Origin: Thermoproteota archaeon
GTDB lineage: Archaea > Korarchaeota > Korarchaeia > Korarchaeales > Korarchaeaceae
Length of the DNA: 64,000 bases
Reading direction: 5' to 3'
Assembly (NCBI GenBank): GCA_027491915.1
Contig: JAOZGC010000001.1
Coordinates: forward strand, 64,001-128,000
Both the position numbers and the translations under genes were made by a program. Of this stretch, positions 18,691 through 28,251 are shown piece after piece. Position 1 is the stretch's first letter, and every line of letters starts with the position of its first letter. The notes under the pieces are model-generated. The model was not told the DNA's origin and searched no databases. It worked only from the letters and a program-made list of their open reading frames with translations.

Positions 18691-19512
18691 TCACCTCCCG
18701 AACCTCCTGCTCCTCCTCTGATACTCCCTTATGGCCCTCAGGAAATCCACCTTCCTGAGGGCCGGCAGGTAGACGTCCAGGAACATGAGCTCAGAGTAGG
18801 CGGAGTGCCACAGGAGGAAGTTGCTTATCCTCTCCTCCCCCGAGGTCCGGATTATCAGGTCGGGGGACGGCACGTCGGCCAGGTAGGTGTGCCTGGTTAT
18901 CGTGTCCTCGTTTATCTCCCCCGGGAGGATCTCCCCGGAGGCCACCTTCTCGGCTATCCTCCGCACAGCGTCGACTATCTCCGCCCTCCCGCCGTAGGCC
19001 ACCGCCACGTTGAGGGTCCTCCCCCCGTTCCCCCTGGTCTCCTCCTCCAACCTCTCCGCCAGGGCCCTCAGATCCTCCGGCAGCCTCTCCATCCTCCCTA
19101 TGAACCTGACGGAGACGCCCAGCTCCCTCAGCCTCCCCAGGTCCTCCCTGAGCACCCTGGATATCTCCTCCCTGAGGGTGTCCAACACCGCCTCCAACTC
19201 CTCGCCCCTCCTCCTGAGGTTCTCCGTCGACAGGCTGTACAGGGTGACGTGATCTATCCCCAGCTCGACGCACCAGTCCAGTATCTCCCTCGCCTTCTTG
19301 GCCCCCAGCCTGTAGGCCGCCCTCAGGTCTAGGCCCTGGGACCTGGCGAACCTCCGGTTCCCGTCGAGGATGACTCCGACGTGCCTGGGAACGGGACCGC
19401 CCTTGAGCTTCTCCGCCAGGTACCTCTCGTACGCCCCCATCTGGAGCCGGCTCATGATCCTGTAGGCGACGTCCCCCAGGCGGATGGCGATCCCGGATGG
19501 AGAGGGGCCCAA
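18691..19512 (-). CDS. uppS: cis-Prenyltransferase (polyprenyl diphosphate synthase)
   Basis: HVGVILDGNRR, LSTENLRR, YGGRAEI, IRTSGEERISNFLLW, RRFG. Confidence 0.95.
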   Translation of the reverse strand: MGPSPSGIAIRLGDVAYRIMSRLQMGAYERYLAEKLKGGPVPRHVGVILDGNRRFARSQGLDLRAAYRLGAKKAREILDWCVELGIDHVTLYSLSTENLRRRGEELEAVLDTLREEISRVLREDLGRLRELGVSVRFIGRMERLPEDLRALAERLEEETRGNGGRTLNVAVAYGGRAEIVDAVRRIAEKVASGEILPGEINEDTITRHTYLADVPSPDLIIRTSGEERISNFLLWHSAYSELMFLDVYLPALRKVDFLRAIREYQRRSRRFGR

Positions 19513-19527
19513 AGGGGATCCCCCCGA

Positions 19528-20475
19528 TCAGAGTCTCTCCAGCACCTTGACCATTTCCTCCTCCGACAGGGGGAACTCTATCACGTAGTACCTGCCGTCC
19601 CTGCGCACCTGGACCGACCCGACCTCCACCCCGGCCACGCGGAACTCTTGGGTCAGGTCCGATATGGCCCGCTGGGCTGCCGAGGCCGAGGCCTCCGTGT
19701 CGAAGGCCACGACCATCCTGCCGGCGGCGGAGGAACCGCGCCTGTAAAGGTAGAGGACGGTCAACCTAGATCCGTTGACGCCCCGCTCCGTCAACTTCAG
19801 TGCCAGGGGGACCCCATCGCCGTCGATTGCCCTCTCCATGGCGCCCCTCGAGGTCTCGTCGGACAGCACGCCGTTCTCCCCTTCTCCACCCCACAGGCCT
19901 ATCATCTCCTCCACGATCCCCCTGCCGGCGCTGGCGTTCCCCGAGACCATGAGCAGAACGTCGTCTCCTACCGCGGCGAACGACACGATGTCTCCGTTGT
20001 AGTCCCCGGTCAGCGTCTTCCCGACCGAGTAGAACACGGTGAAGTTCCCGACCTTATACCTGAGGAGCCTGCTCTTGGCCATCGCCCTGAATAGGGTTTC
20101 GGAGGATCCGTCCCTGAGCTGGTAGATCACCGCTATGAGGGGGGTCTCCCCACCGCAGTCGGCCACGCACCCGCCCCTCCCGGGCACGACGAGGACCTCT
20201 ATATCCGAGGGCCTCAGCACCAGGTATCTCACGCCGAATATCTGGACCTGGCCGCCAACTAGGTCGCCCAGGCCGCCGACCCTCGCCATGTTCGATATGT
20301 AGTAGACCCTGACGGGGGGGCCGACCTCGGCGGGGAGGATCCTCATCCACTCCTGCTCCCACGCGCCCGCCTGCCCACCCCCGCCGCCGGCCTCGGGGAC
20401 CCCCATCAGGTAAAGTCCGGCGGCTATGACGGCGACCGCCGACGCGAGGATCACCAGCACCGTCCGCAGGCCCAT
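19528..20475 (-). CDS. Hypothetical membrane-anchored/secreted protein
   Basis: N-terminal TM plus Gly linker; host-like codons; no recognised motif. Confidence 0.65.
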   Translation of the reverse strand: MGLRTVLVILASAVAVIAAGLYLMGVPEAGGGGGQAGAWEQEWMRILPAEVGPPVRVYYISNMARVGGLGDLVGGQVQIFGVRYLVLRPSDIEVLVVPGRGGCVADCGGETPLIAVIYQLRDGSSETLFRAMAKSRLLRYKVGNFTVFYSVGKTLTGDYNGDIVSFAAVGDDVLLMVSGNASAGRGIVEEMIGLWGGEGENGVLSDETSRGAMERAIDGDGVPLALKLTERGVNGSRLTVLYLYRRGSSAAGRMVVAFDTEASASAAQRAISDLTQEFRVAGVEVGSVQVRRDGRYYVIEFPLSEEEMVKVLERL

Positions 20476-20541
20476 GGAACTCTCGCCTCATCAGCCTCCC
20501 CCCATTATATAATTGAGCGACGTTTACCGTCGGACCGGCAG

Positions 20542-21480
20542 ATGACCCGCGTGAGTTCCCCGCGATCCGAGGCCGGGGGTGGGAGGGTCTACGCGGCCGT
20601 GGGCCACCTGACGATCGACGAGGAGTGGGAGGGGCTCCGCCTGATGTTCAGGTCCCTCGGCGGCGGCGCGCTCTACGGATCCATGGCGGCCCTCGGGATG
20701 GGGTGGGAGGCCAGGGCGCTGGTCCGGATCGGCCTCGACTTCCCGGATCCGTGGCTGAGGATAGTCTCGAGCTTCGGGGTCGAGCTGAGGGCGCTGAGGT
20801 CGGGTTCGACGACAAGGTACGCGGTGGTGTCTTCCGGCGGCCGGTCCAGGAGGATCCTCACCTCCTCGGCCCCTCGCTTCGGCGAGGAGGAGATCCTATC
20901 GGCCCTGGCGGAGTGGATGCCATCGGTCCTCCACGTGGGATCGGTGGCGGGGGAGGTGGATCCCGACGTGCTCCCAAAGCTCTCCGGGGTGAGGGTTGGG
21001 GTAGACGCCCAGGGCTTCGTCAGGAGGTTCGACGAGGTCGGTCGGGTGAGTCTGGCCAGGTCGCCGGAGCTGGAGGCGGTCCTCGGGTCGGTGGACGTGC
21101 TGCACGCGAACTCGGAGGAGGCCGCGGCCCTGACGGGATCCGCCGACCCGGCGGAGGCCGCGGAGGCCCTGTCTCGCCTGGGGCCGGCGGCGCTCGTCAG
21201 CCTCGGTGATGGGGGCCTCCTTCTCTCCGACGACTCGAACCTCGTGTTCGTTCCGGCCTACAGGCCCGCCTCCCAAGTCTCCGACGTCGGCGCGGGCGAC
21301 GTGCTCCTGGCGGTCTTCCTCATCTCCACGGCCGAGGGGGCCGACCCCGTCTCGGCGGCTGTCACGGCGGCCGCCGCGGCAGGGCTGTCGGTGTCCCGCG
21401 CCGGTCCCGACCCGGTGGACAGGAAGCTGGTCGAGGAGGCCGCCCGAACCCTGGAGGGCGGGGTGGTGAGGCTGAGGTGA
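20542..21480 (+). CDS. PfkB/ribokinase-family carbohydrate kinase
   Basis: GHLTID, GGGALY, DAQGFVR, ANSEEA, DVGAGD. Confidence 0.88.
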   Translation: MTRVSSPRSEAGGGRVYAAVGHLTIDEEWEGLRLMFRSLGGGALYGSMAALGMGWEARALVRIGLDFPDPWLRIVSSFGVELRALRSGSTTRYAVVSSGGRSRRILTSSAPRFGEEEILSALAEWMPSVLHVGSVAGEVDPDVLPKLSGVRVGVDAQGFVRRFDEVGRVSLARSPELEAVLGSVDVLHANSEEAAALTGSADPAEAAEALSRLGPAALVSLGDGGLLLSDDSNLVFVPAYRPASQVSDVGAGDVLLAVFLISTAEGADPVSAAVTAAAAAGLSVSRAGPDPVDRKLVEEAARTLEGGVVRLR

Positions 21481-22208
21481 GCTCCCCGGCGCGGCCCGAG
21501 AGGATGGTGAGGCTGAGGAGGGCCGCGGCCAGGAAGGCGGTCCACGCCCTCCTGGCGTGCCTCTCCCTGGCGCCTGCCGCCCTACCCGGTCTGTTCCCCC
21601 TCCCGACCCAGTCCGTCTACGCCGCGGCCCTGGTGGTCGCGGCCTGGCTCAACGCCGTGAAGATATGGGGACCTCCCCCACTCATCGCCAGGATATCCCG
21701 AATCCCCGTCCTGGAGGCCGCTTTCAGGCCCATCAACCTGGCGGCCGCCCGACTCTGGGGCGCTCTGACCGACCTGGAGAGGGAGTACGAGCGCAGGCTC
21801 GGCTGGGTCGGCCTCCTGAATGGGATAATCGGAGTGTCTGCGGCCTACCTCATCTCGGGGGAGTACTCGGCCTACGGGGTTGCGGCGATGGCCACGGTGG
21901 ACGTGTTCTCCACGCTGGTGGGGGAGGCCCTGCCGTCGGCGGAGCTCCCGGCCTCCAGGGGGGCCACCGTCTGCGGAACCGCGGCCGGCGCCCTGTCCTA
22001 CATGGCGCTCCTCCTGACCGTGCTCCCCCCCGCCGAGTCCCTGGTGCTGGCCGCGGCGGCCGGGATAATCGAGGCCTACGGGATCGAGGACAACGTGGAC
22101 GTGCCCCTGCTGACCTCGATCCTGGCCGCGGTCGCCGGCTACCCTCCCCCGCGCCCCCTGAGCAGCGACTTTATGAACCTCTTCAGCATCACGACGTCCT
22201 CCACGTAG
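21477..22208 (+). CDS. Dolichol/phytol kinase-like (SEC59/VTE5, CTP-dependent) membrane protein
   Basis: RKAVH, D-x3-TLVG, IEAYGIEDN; multi-TM. Confidence 0.7.
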   Translation: MSSPARPERMVRLRRAAARKAVHALLACLSLAPAALPGLFPLPTQSVYAAALVVAAWLNAVKIWGPPPLIARISRIPVLEAAFRPINLAAARLWGALTDLEREYERRLGWVGLLNGIIGVSAAYLISGEYSAYGVAAMATVDVFSTLVGEALPSAELPASRGATVCGTAAGALSYMALLLTVLPPAESLVLAAAAGIIEAYGIEDNVDVPLLTSILAAVAGYPPPRPLSSDFMNLFSITTSST

Positions 22209-23302
22209 ACGAACTCTCCGGGGGCGTGGATGTTGTTCTCCTCCCTTATCGCCCCGAAGGCCACCGTCGGTATCCCCATCCTCGCGAAGAAGTACCCGTC
22301 GTTTCCCCCCAGCTCCGCGGCCACTGCGGATCTACCGGTGGCCGACTCCATGGCGGCCAGCGCCTCGGCCACGAACGGGTGGTCCGGGTCGGTGCGCCAC
22401 CCCTCGTTTATGGGCTCCAGTATCTCCACCTCCGCCTCCACCCCCAGGCAGGCCGCCAGCGAGGCCACCCTGGACCTGAGCTCCTCTATGGCCTTGCTCG
22501 GATCCTCCCCGGGGATCAGCCTCATGTCGAACCCGGCCTCGGCCGAGTCCGGTATGACGTTGTGCTTCCCGCCGGCCCTCAGTACGGTGACCGTGAACCT
22601 ACCCCACAGCCTCCCGACCGGGCTCCCGGGGGGGCTCGGGAGGTCGGAGAGCCTGGCGGCCCTGAACTCGGAGAACCTCTCCAACCCCTCGACCATCCTG
22701 GCCAGGGACCACACCGGGTTCCGCGCCCTGTGGGGGTACCCGGCGTGTCCCCCCCTCCCCCTGACCCTGACCCAGCCGTGCACCACCCCGCTAGCCCCGA
22801 CGCTCAGGTAGTCGGCAGCGGCGTCCACCACGACGACCCTGTCCCCGGGGACCCCGGCCTCCACCACCTCCTCTATCCCCCTCCCCCCAACCTCCTCGTC
22901 CCCCGTCACCACCACCACGGGGTTGTACCTGAGTCTCTCCCCCCTGAGCTCCCTGACAGCGGCCAGCGATGCCGCCACAGCCGACTTGTCGTCGGCCGCC
23001 CCCCTTCCGTATATCCTGCCGTCCACCTCCACCGGCTCGAAGGGATCTAACTCCATACCCGAGACCCTCCAGGGACCGCGGGCCGGGACCACGTCGTAGT
23101 GGCTGACCAGGGCCAGGTCCATCTCGGCGCCGGCGTCCAGCCTGGCCACCACGTTTGGGACCTCCCTGCCGACTATCTCCGCCTCCATCCCCAGGGAGGC
23201 GGCCTCGTCCATCACCAGCCTGGCGGCCTCCCCGTAGTTGCTCTTCCTCAGGGAGTCTGTGTTCAGGGAGACCAGCCTCTTCAGCAGCTCCACCTCGTAC
23301 AT
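22139..23302 (-). CDS. M20/ArgE/DapE-family metallopeptidase
   Basis: SHYDVVP, GRGAADDK, DEEVG, NVIP, NIHAPGE. Confidence 0.92.
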   Translation of the reverse strand: MYEVELLKRLVSLNTDSLRKSNYGEAARLVMDEAASLGMEAEIVGREVPNVVARLDAGAEMDLALVSHYDVVPARGPWRVSGMELDPFEPVEVDGRIYGRGAADDKSAVAASLAAVRELRGERLRYNPVVVVTGDEEVGGRGIEEVVEAGVPGDRVVVVDAAADYLSVGASGVVHGWVRVRGRGGHAGYPHRARNPVWSLARMVEGLERFSEFRAARLSDLPSPPGSPVGRLWGRFTVTVLRAGGKHNVIPDSAEAGFDMRLIPGEDPSKAIEELRSRVASLAACLGVEAEVEILEPINEGWRTDPDHPFVAEALAAMESATGRSAVAAELGGNDGYFFARMGIPTVAFGAIREENNIHAPGEFVYVEDVVMLKRFIKSLLRGRGGG

Positions 23303-23361
23303 GTCCGGTCCCGGCCACCTGACGCGGAACGATTTAACGTTGTGCGGCGCCGGTCTTGGTG

Positions 23362-24561
23362 ATGAGGGTGCTCCTGATAGGCGCCGGCAGGATGGCCTCG
23401 GCCATAGCGGCCTACCTCTCGGACCCCAGGTTCGGGAGGCCAGCCGATGCCATCACCGTGGCGGACGTCCGTCGAGACGCGGCCTCCTCGCTTGTGGAGC
23501 GGCTGGAAGGGAGGGGCGCGTCCTCCTCCCTATCCTGGATCGTGCTGGACGCCTCCGACAGGGACGCCGTGGCGGAGGCCGCCGCGGCGGCCGGCGCGGA
23601 CGTCGTGATAGACGCCGCCCTGTTCGACACCATTCCGGCGTCCACGCTCGGGGCCCTGGACGCGGGCGCCAACTACCTCGACCTGGGGAGCGACAGGGAG
23701 ACCCTCCAGTGGCAGATATCCCTCTCCCGGGATTTCGCGGAGCGGGGGACTGTCGCCGTCCCCGGGATGGGCGGGTCGCCCGGGCTCATAAACGTCCTGG
23801 CCAGGGCCGCGGCGGACAGGCTGGACTCGGTCTCCGAGATGCGCATGAGGGAGGGGTGGAGGGACTTCGTCGACTACGACTCGCTGGGGGTGCCCCTGCC
23901 GGTCCCCTACTCCCTGGAGACCATACTGGACGAGTTCGAGTCCGAGGCCGAGGTGTTCTCGGACGGCGACGTCGTCAAGGTCCCGGGCATGTCGGGCCGG
24001 GAGGTCTGCGAGATGCCCGACCCGGTGGGGAGGGTGGAGTGCTACTACGTGGACCACCAGGAGGTCTGGAGCGTCGGAGTCTCCCTCTCTGACAGGGGGC
24101 TGAGGAGGGTGGACTACAAGCTCTCATTCCCTAGGGAGCTGTACGAGAAGTACCGCCTCCTCTCCGACCTCGGGTACGGGTCGGCGGAGCCCCTAGATCT
24201 GGACGGTCAAATATCCCCGCTGAGGCTGTTGGGGGTCTTGGTGCGGGAAAATCTGTCTGGAAAGAACTGGAGGCCGGACGACGTCGATCTGATGATGGTC
24301 AGGGCCATAGGCAAGTCGGCGGGACGAGACTCCAGGGTTGACGCCTTCGCGGAGGCGCGCTCGCTGGAGGATCCGCCCATCTCGTCTCACGCCGTTATGG
24401 TGGCGGCCCCGGCTTCCACGGCCGCCAGGTGGATAGTCGATGGGAGGCTGGACGCCCGGGGGGTCCTGCTCCCCGAGGTGTTCTTCGATCCAGGCGAGTT
24501 CCTGGGTGAGGTGTCCTCCCTGGGAATCAGGGTGTGGGTGGACGGCCCGACCTCTTTTTAA
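23362..24561 (+). CDS. Saccharopine dehydrogenase / carboxy(nor)spermidine synthase-like oxidoreductase
   Basis: LIGAGRMA Rossmann motif, NYLDL, GMGGSPGLINVLA, YVDHQEV, GVLLPE. Confidence 0.8.
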   Translation: MRVLLIGAGRMASAIAAYLSDPRFGRPADAITVADVRRDAASSLVERLEGRGASSSLSWIVLDASDRDAVAEAAAAAGADVVIDAALFDTIPASTLGALDAGANYLDLGSDRETLQWQISLSRDFAERGTVAVPGMGGSPGLINVLARAAADRLDSVSEMRMREGWRDFVDYDSLGVPLPVPYSLETILDEFESEAEVFSDGDVVKVPGMSGREVCEMPDPVGRVECYYVDHQEVWSVGVSLSDRGLRRVDYKLSFPRELYEKYRLLSDLGYGSAEPLDLDGQISPLRLLGVLVRENLSGKNWRPDDVDLMMVRAIGKSAGRDSRVDAFAEARSLEDPPISSHAVMVAAPASTAARWIVDGRLDARGVLLPEVFFDPGEFLGEVSSLGIRVWVDGPTSF

Positions 24562-24586
24562 TTGGAATCCGGGATCTCGGTTGGGA

Positions 24587-25321
24587 ATGCCGACCAAGAG
24601 GCTGTACTACCTAGATCAGTACATCAAGAGCTTCGAGTCCAGGGTCGAGGCCGTCTCGGAGGAGGGGGATCTTATGGGGGTCGTCCTTGAGGAGACGGCC
24701 TTCTACCCCAGGGGGGGAGGTCAGCCCTCCGACACGGGGACCCTGGCAGGGGGATCCTGGAAACTCAGAGTCGAGTCCGTGGAGGAGAGGGGGGGCGGAG
24801 AGATCGTCCATCTGGGACGGGCGGACGGCCGCCCCTCCGAGGGGGACCCGGTCCGGGGGACCCTGGATTGGGACAGGAGGTACAGGCTCATGAGGATGCA
24901 CACGGCGGCCCACATACTGATGGCCTCCGTCTCCAGGGTGTTCGGCAGGGTCGTGGACGTGGTGGGCAGCGGGCTCTCGGTGGAGAGGGGCAGGATGGAT
25001 TTCGCCGAGAGGATCAGGGCCAATCACGTGCCCGACATAGAGGCCGCGGCCAACAAGATAATCGCATCGGACGTCGAGGTCAGGGCCGCCTTCTTCCCCA
25101 GGGAGGGGGCTCGGGAGATCCTGGCCAAGTACGGGAGGAACCTGGGAGCGCCCCAGGCCGGGATGGAGACCGTCAGGATAGTGGAGATATCCGGAGTGGA
25201 CGCCGACCCCTGCGGGGGCACCCACGTCTCCAGGACCTCCGAGGTCGGGTCCCTCAGGATACTGAAGAGGGACAACAAGGGGAGGGGAGTCACGAGGCTG
25301 GTGTTCTCGGTTGAGCCCTGA
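24587..25321 (+). CDS. alaX: Alanyl-tRNA editing protein AlaX-M
   Basis: TAFYPRGGGQPSDTG, MRMHTAAH (HxxxH), CGGTH. Confidence 0.93.
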   Translation: MPTKRLYYLDQYIKSFESRVEAVSEEGDLMGVVLEETAFYPRGGGQPSDTGTLAGGSWKLRVESVEERGGGEIVHLGRADGRPSEGDPVRGTLDWDRRYRLMRMHTAAHILMASVSRVFGRVVDVVGSGLSVERGRMDFAERIRANHVPDIEAAANKIIASDVEVRAAFFPREGAREILAKYGRNLGAPQAGMETVRIVEISGVDADPCGGTHVSRTSEVGSLRILKRDNKGRGVTRLVFSVEP

Positions 25322-27674
25322 GAGGCTCCCCACCATCAGGGAGGTCAGGATAAGGAACTTCAAGTCCTTCAGATCCCTGAACCTCCCCCTCCTACCCGGG
25401 ATCACCGGCATAACCGGGCCCAACGGCAGCGGGAAGTCGAACCTGCTCGAGTCCATAGCCTTCGTCCTGGGCCACAGGGGGAGGGGCCTCAGGGCCGCCC
25501 GCCTCGGCAATCTGGTCAGCAGGGGGGCGAGACGGGCCGAGGTCACCCTGAAGATAGCGACTCGTTCCGGCGAGAGGACCGTGAGCAGGGGGATCAGGGG
25601 GTCAACCGGCTTCTACAGGATCGGGGGGAGGATCGTCCCCAGGTACAGGGCCGAGCTCCTCCTGAGGGAGCTCGGGTACAGGGCGGACTGGTACACCTAC
25701 GTGGCCCAGGGGACCGTCACCAGGCTGGTCGAGATGAGCCCCAGGGAGAGGGTCGGGATAGTGGAGGAGATAAGCGGCGTCAGGGAGTTCGAGAGGAGGA
25801 GGGCCGAGATACTGACCAGGCTCGGGGAGGTGGAGGGGAGGCTGGAGGTGATCAGGGCCAGGCTCTCTGAGAGGGAGAGGTTCCTCAGCTCCCTGGCCCG
25901 GAGGATAGAACTGATGAGGCGCAGGGAGGAGCTGGAGAGGAGGGCCCTCTCCCTGAGGAAGGCCGTCCTGCTGGAGGAGCTGAACCGCGTCAGGGGGAGG
26001 ATATCCGAGCTGCGCCTGGGATTGGAGGGTGGGGGGGAGGCGGGGGGAGATTCTAATCCCGACGTGGAAATGGAGGCCGTTGAGGCGGCCATAAGGGAGG
26101 CCGAGCGCAGGCTGAGGGAGCTGGAATCGGACGAACACATGAGGATCGCGAGGGAGGCCGAGTCCGTCAGACTGAGGATTAGGTCCAAGAGGAGAGAGCT
26201 ATCAGCCGTGGAGAGGGAGATCGAGGCGATCAGGGCCACCCTATCCTCGGTGGGGGAGCTTGGTGTTCCCAGGGAGATATCCGGGGTCGAGGGAGTGTTG
26301 GGAACCGTGTCTCAGCTGATAAAACCGCTGCCCGGTTACGAGCGAGCCTACAGGGCGGCCGCGGGTGGGAGGGCGGGGGACGTGGTGGTCGAGAGCCTGG
26401 ACCTGGCGCTGAGCCTCCGGGGGGCGCTCAGGAGGTCCGGGCGGAGGGTGAGGCTGATCCCGCTCGACGTGGTCAGGCCGGGCCGACCGCCCTCCCCGCC
26501 TGGGTACTCCCTCGGCCTCATGATAGAGCACCTATCTTACGATCCAGACCTGGACGGTGTCGCCAGGGCGGTCTTCGGGGGGACCGTGGTGGTGAGGGAC
26601 CTGAGGGACGTTTCCAGGGGGGACATAGGGAGGGCCAGGTTCGTCAGCCTGGACGGGGACCTCATGGAGAGGGACGGGAGCGTCATAGTCACCCCCGACA
26701 GGTCTGGGGTCAGGGGAAGGCTGGAGAGGCTGGACGAGTTGGAGGCCGAGAGGGAGAGGCTGCGATCGGAGTTGGCGGATCTGGAGAGGAGGGTCTCTTC
26801 CCTTCCAGACGAGTCCTCCGTCCGCAGGATGGCGGAGGAGCTGAGGGGGGTCCGATCCTCCCTGTCGAGGCTGAGGGAGCGCAAGGAGAGGATCCTCCGC
26901 CTGAGACTCGAGGAGGCCAGGAGGAGGGCCGCCGTCTCAGAAGAGCTGGGGAGGCTGGAGGCGAGGGAGGAGCAGATCCTTCGTGAGCTCGACTCCCTTG
27001 GGGACGTGGAACCGGCCGACCCCGGGTGGGGCGACCCTTCATCTGCCCTGGCGGCCGTCAGGGCCGAGCTGAGGTCGCTGCCCGCCCCCGATCCCGGGCT
27101 CGAGGAAGAGTACGGTCGGGAGCTCGAGAAGGTCAAGCTCGCGAGGGCCGAGGCGGAGGAGATAGAGAGGGAGAGAATGGAGGTGCTGGAGGCGCTCAGG
27201 AGGGCAACGGGGGAGAGGGACGGGGCTCTGGCGGACGCCGTGGGTAGGCTGGCGGAGGCCTTCTCCAAGATCTACGGGGAGGTGTCCGGCGGATCCGCCA
27301 GGATGTGGCTGAGCGGGAGCTGGCCCGACGCTGCCCTGGAGATAGAGGTGATCCCCCCAGGGAAGCCCCCGACGAGGCTCGAGTCGCTGTCCGGCGGGGA
27401 GAAATCGGTGGCCGCCCTGGCCCTCGTGGCGGCCGTGGCCGCGGTCAGGCCATCCCCCATATACCTGTTCGACGAGGCCGACGCCATGCTCGACGCGGAG
27501 AACTGCCGGAGGTTCGCCAAGATACTGCGGATCCTGGCCTACTCTGGATCCCAGGTCCTCGTGGTGTCCTTGAAGAGGGAGACCCTGTCGGAGGCCGACA
27601 GGATTCTCGGCGTGACCGACTCGGGCGGGAGATCGAGGGTGGTCGGGGTTGACCTCTCCAGGTACCCGGGATGA
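25311..27674 (+). CDS. smc: Smc-family chromosome ATPase, short-armed (787 aa) with hinge
   Basis: NFKSF, Walker A GPNGSGKSN, R-loop LRA, Q-loop VAQG, hinge GVLGTVSQLI...LIPLD...FGGTVVV...VSLDG, signature LSGGEKS, Walker B/D-loop LFDEADAMLD, VVSLK. Confidence 0.92.
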   Translation: MSPERLPTIREVRIRNFKSFRSLNLPLLPGITGITGPNGSGKSNLLESIAFVLGHRGRGLRAARLGNLVSRGARRAEVTLKIATRSGERTVSRGIRGSTGFYRIGGRIVPRYRAELLLRELGYRADWYTYVAQGTVTRLVEMSPRERVGIVEEISGVREFERRRAEILTRLGEVEGRLEVIRARLSERERFLSSLARRIELMRRREELERRALSLRKAVLLEELNRVRGRISELRLGLEGGGEAGGDSNPDVEMEAVEAAIREAERRLRELESDEHMRIAREAESVRLRIRSKRRELSAVEREIEAIRATLSSVGELGVPREISGVEGVLGTVSQLIKPLPGYERAYRAAAGGRAGDVVVESLDLALSLRGALRRSGRRVRLIPLDVVRPGRPPSPPGYSLGLMIEHLSYDPDLDGVARAVFGGTVVVRDLRDVSRGDIGRARFVSLDGDLMERDGSVIVTPDRSGVRGRLERLDELEAERERLRSELADLERRVSSLPDESSVRRMAEELRGVRSSLSRLRERKERILRLRLEEARRRAAVSEELGRLEAREEQILRELDSLGDVEPADPGWGDPSSALAAVRAELRSLPAPDPGLEEEYGRELEKVKLARAEAEEIERERMEVLEALRRATGERDGALADAVGRLAEAFSKIYGEVSGGSARMWLSGSWPDAALEIEVIPPGKPPTRLESLSGGEKSVAALALVAAVAAVRPSPIYLFDEADAMLDAENCRRFAKILRILAYSGSQVLVVSLKRETLSEADRILGVTDSGGRSRVVGVDLSRYPG

Positions 27675-28251
27675 GTCGAAGTCCCGCGTCGAGGAGGCCC
27701 TCAGGGAGTTCTCCGTCAGGGGGGACCTCGAGGTCCTCGCGCTCCGCCTGCTGCTGATAAGCGAGGATCTGGCCTCCAGGGCGGCTAGGCTCCTCAGGTC
27801 GATCCTCCCTGGGGAGGGAACCAGACCCCGGGGTTCCGGGGGGAGGGCCGGCGGGACCGCCCGGAACGTGCCCCCCCTCACCCCCAGGATGGGGCGGATC
27901 GTGATGATACCCCCCTCGGCCCGGGAGTTCGAAGTCGAGAGAGATTGGGCATCCAGCCTGGTGGGCCGGGCCCGGGAGGCTGTCAGGGTCGTGGCGGCCC
28001 TGGCCGCCGATCTCCTCAGGGAGATCGAGCGGCTCAGGGAGAGGATATCGACCCTCCTCAGGGAGGGCAGGGGGACCTTCACCCTGAGGGAGCTGGCGAG
28101 GGACAGGGAGGAGGCGTCGGCCTACCTTATATCCCTCCTCCTGCTGGAGAGGGAGGGGGAGGTCCTACTCTCTCAGGACAGGATCTACGGGGACCTGGTG
28201 GTGAGGGTGAGTCCCGTTGGCGGGGGAGGTGGACGCGGCCCTCCTGGTTGA
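27649..28251 (+). CDS. scpA: Kleisin ScpA (compact, divergent)
   Basis: N-helices DLEVLALRLLLISEDLASRAARLL; C-terminal wHTH FTLRELA...YLISLLLLEREGEVLLSQDRIYGDLVV; lies between smc and scpB. Confidence 0.82.
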   Translation: MTSPGTRDESKSRVEEALREFSVRGDLEVLALRLLLISEDLASRAARLLRSILPGEGTRPRGSGGRAGGTARNVPPLTPRMGRIVMIPPSAREFEVERDWASSLVGRAREAVRVVAALAADLLREIERLRERISTLLREGRGTFTLRELARDREEASAYLISLLLLEREGEVLLSQDRIYGDLVVRVSPVGGGGGRGPPG

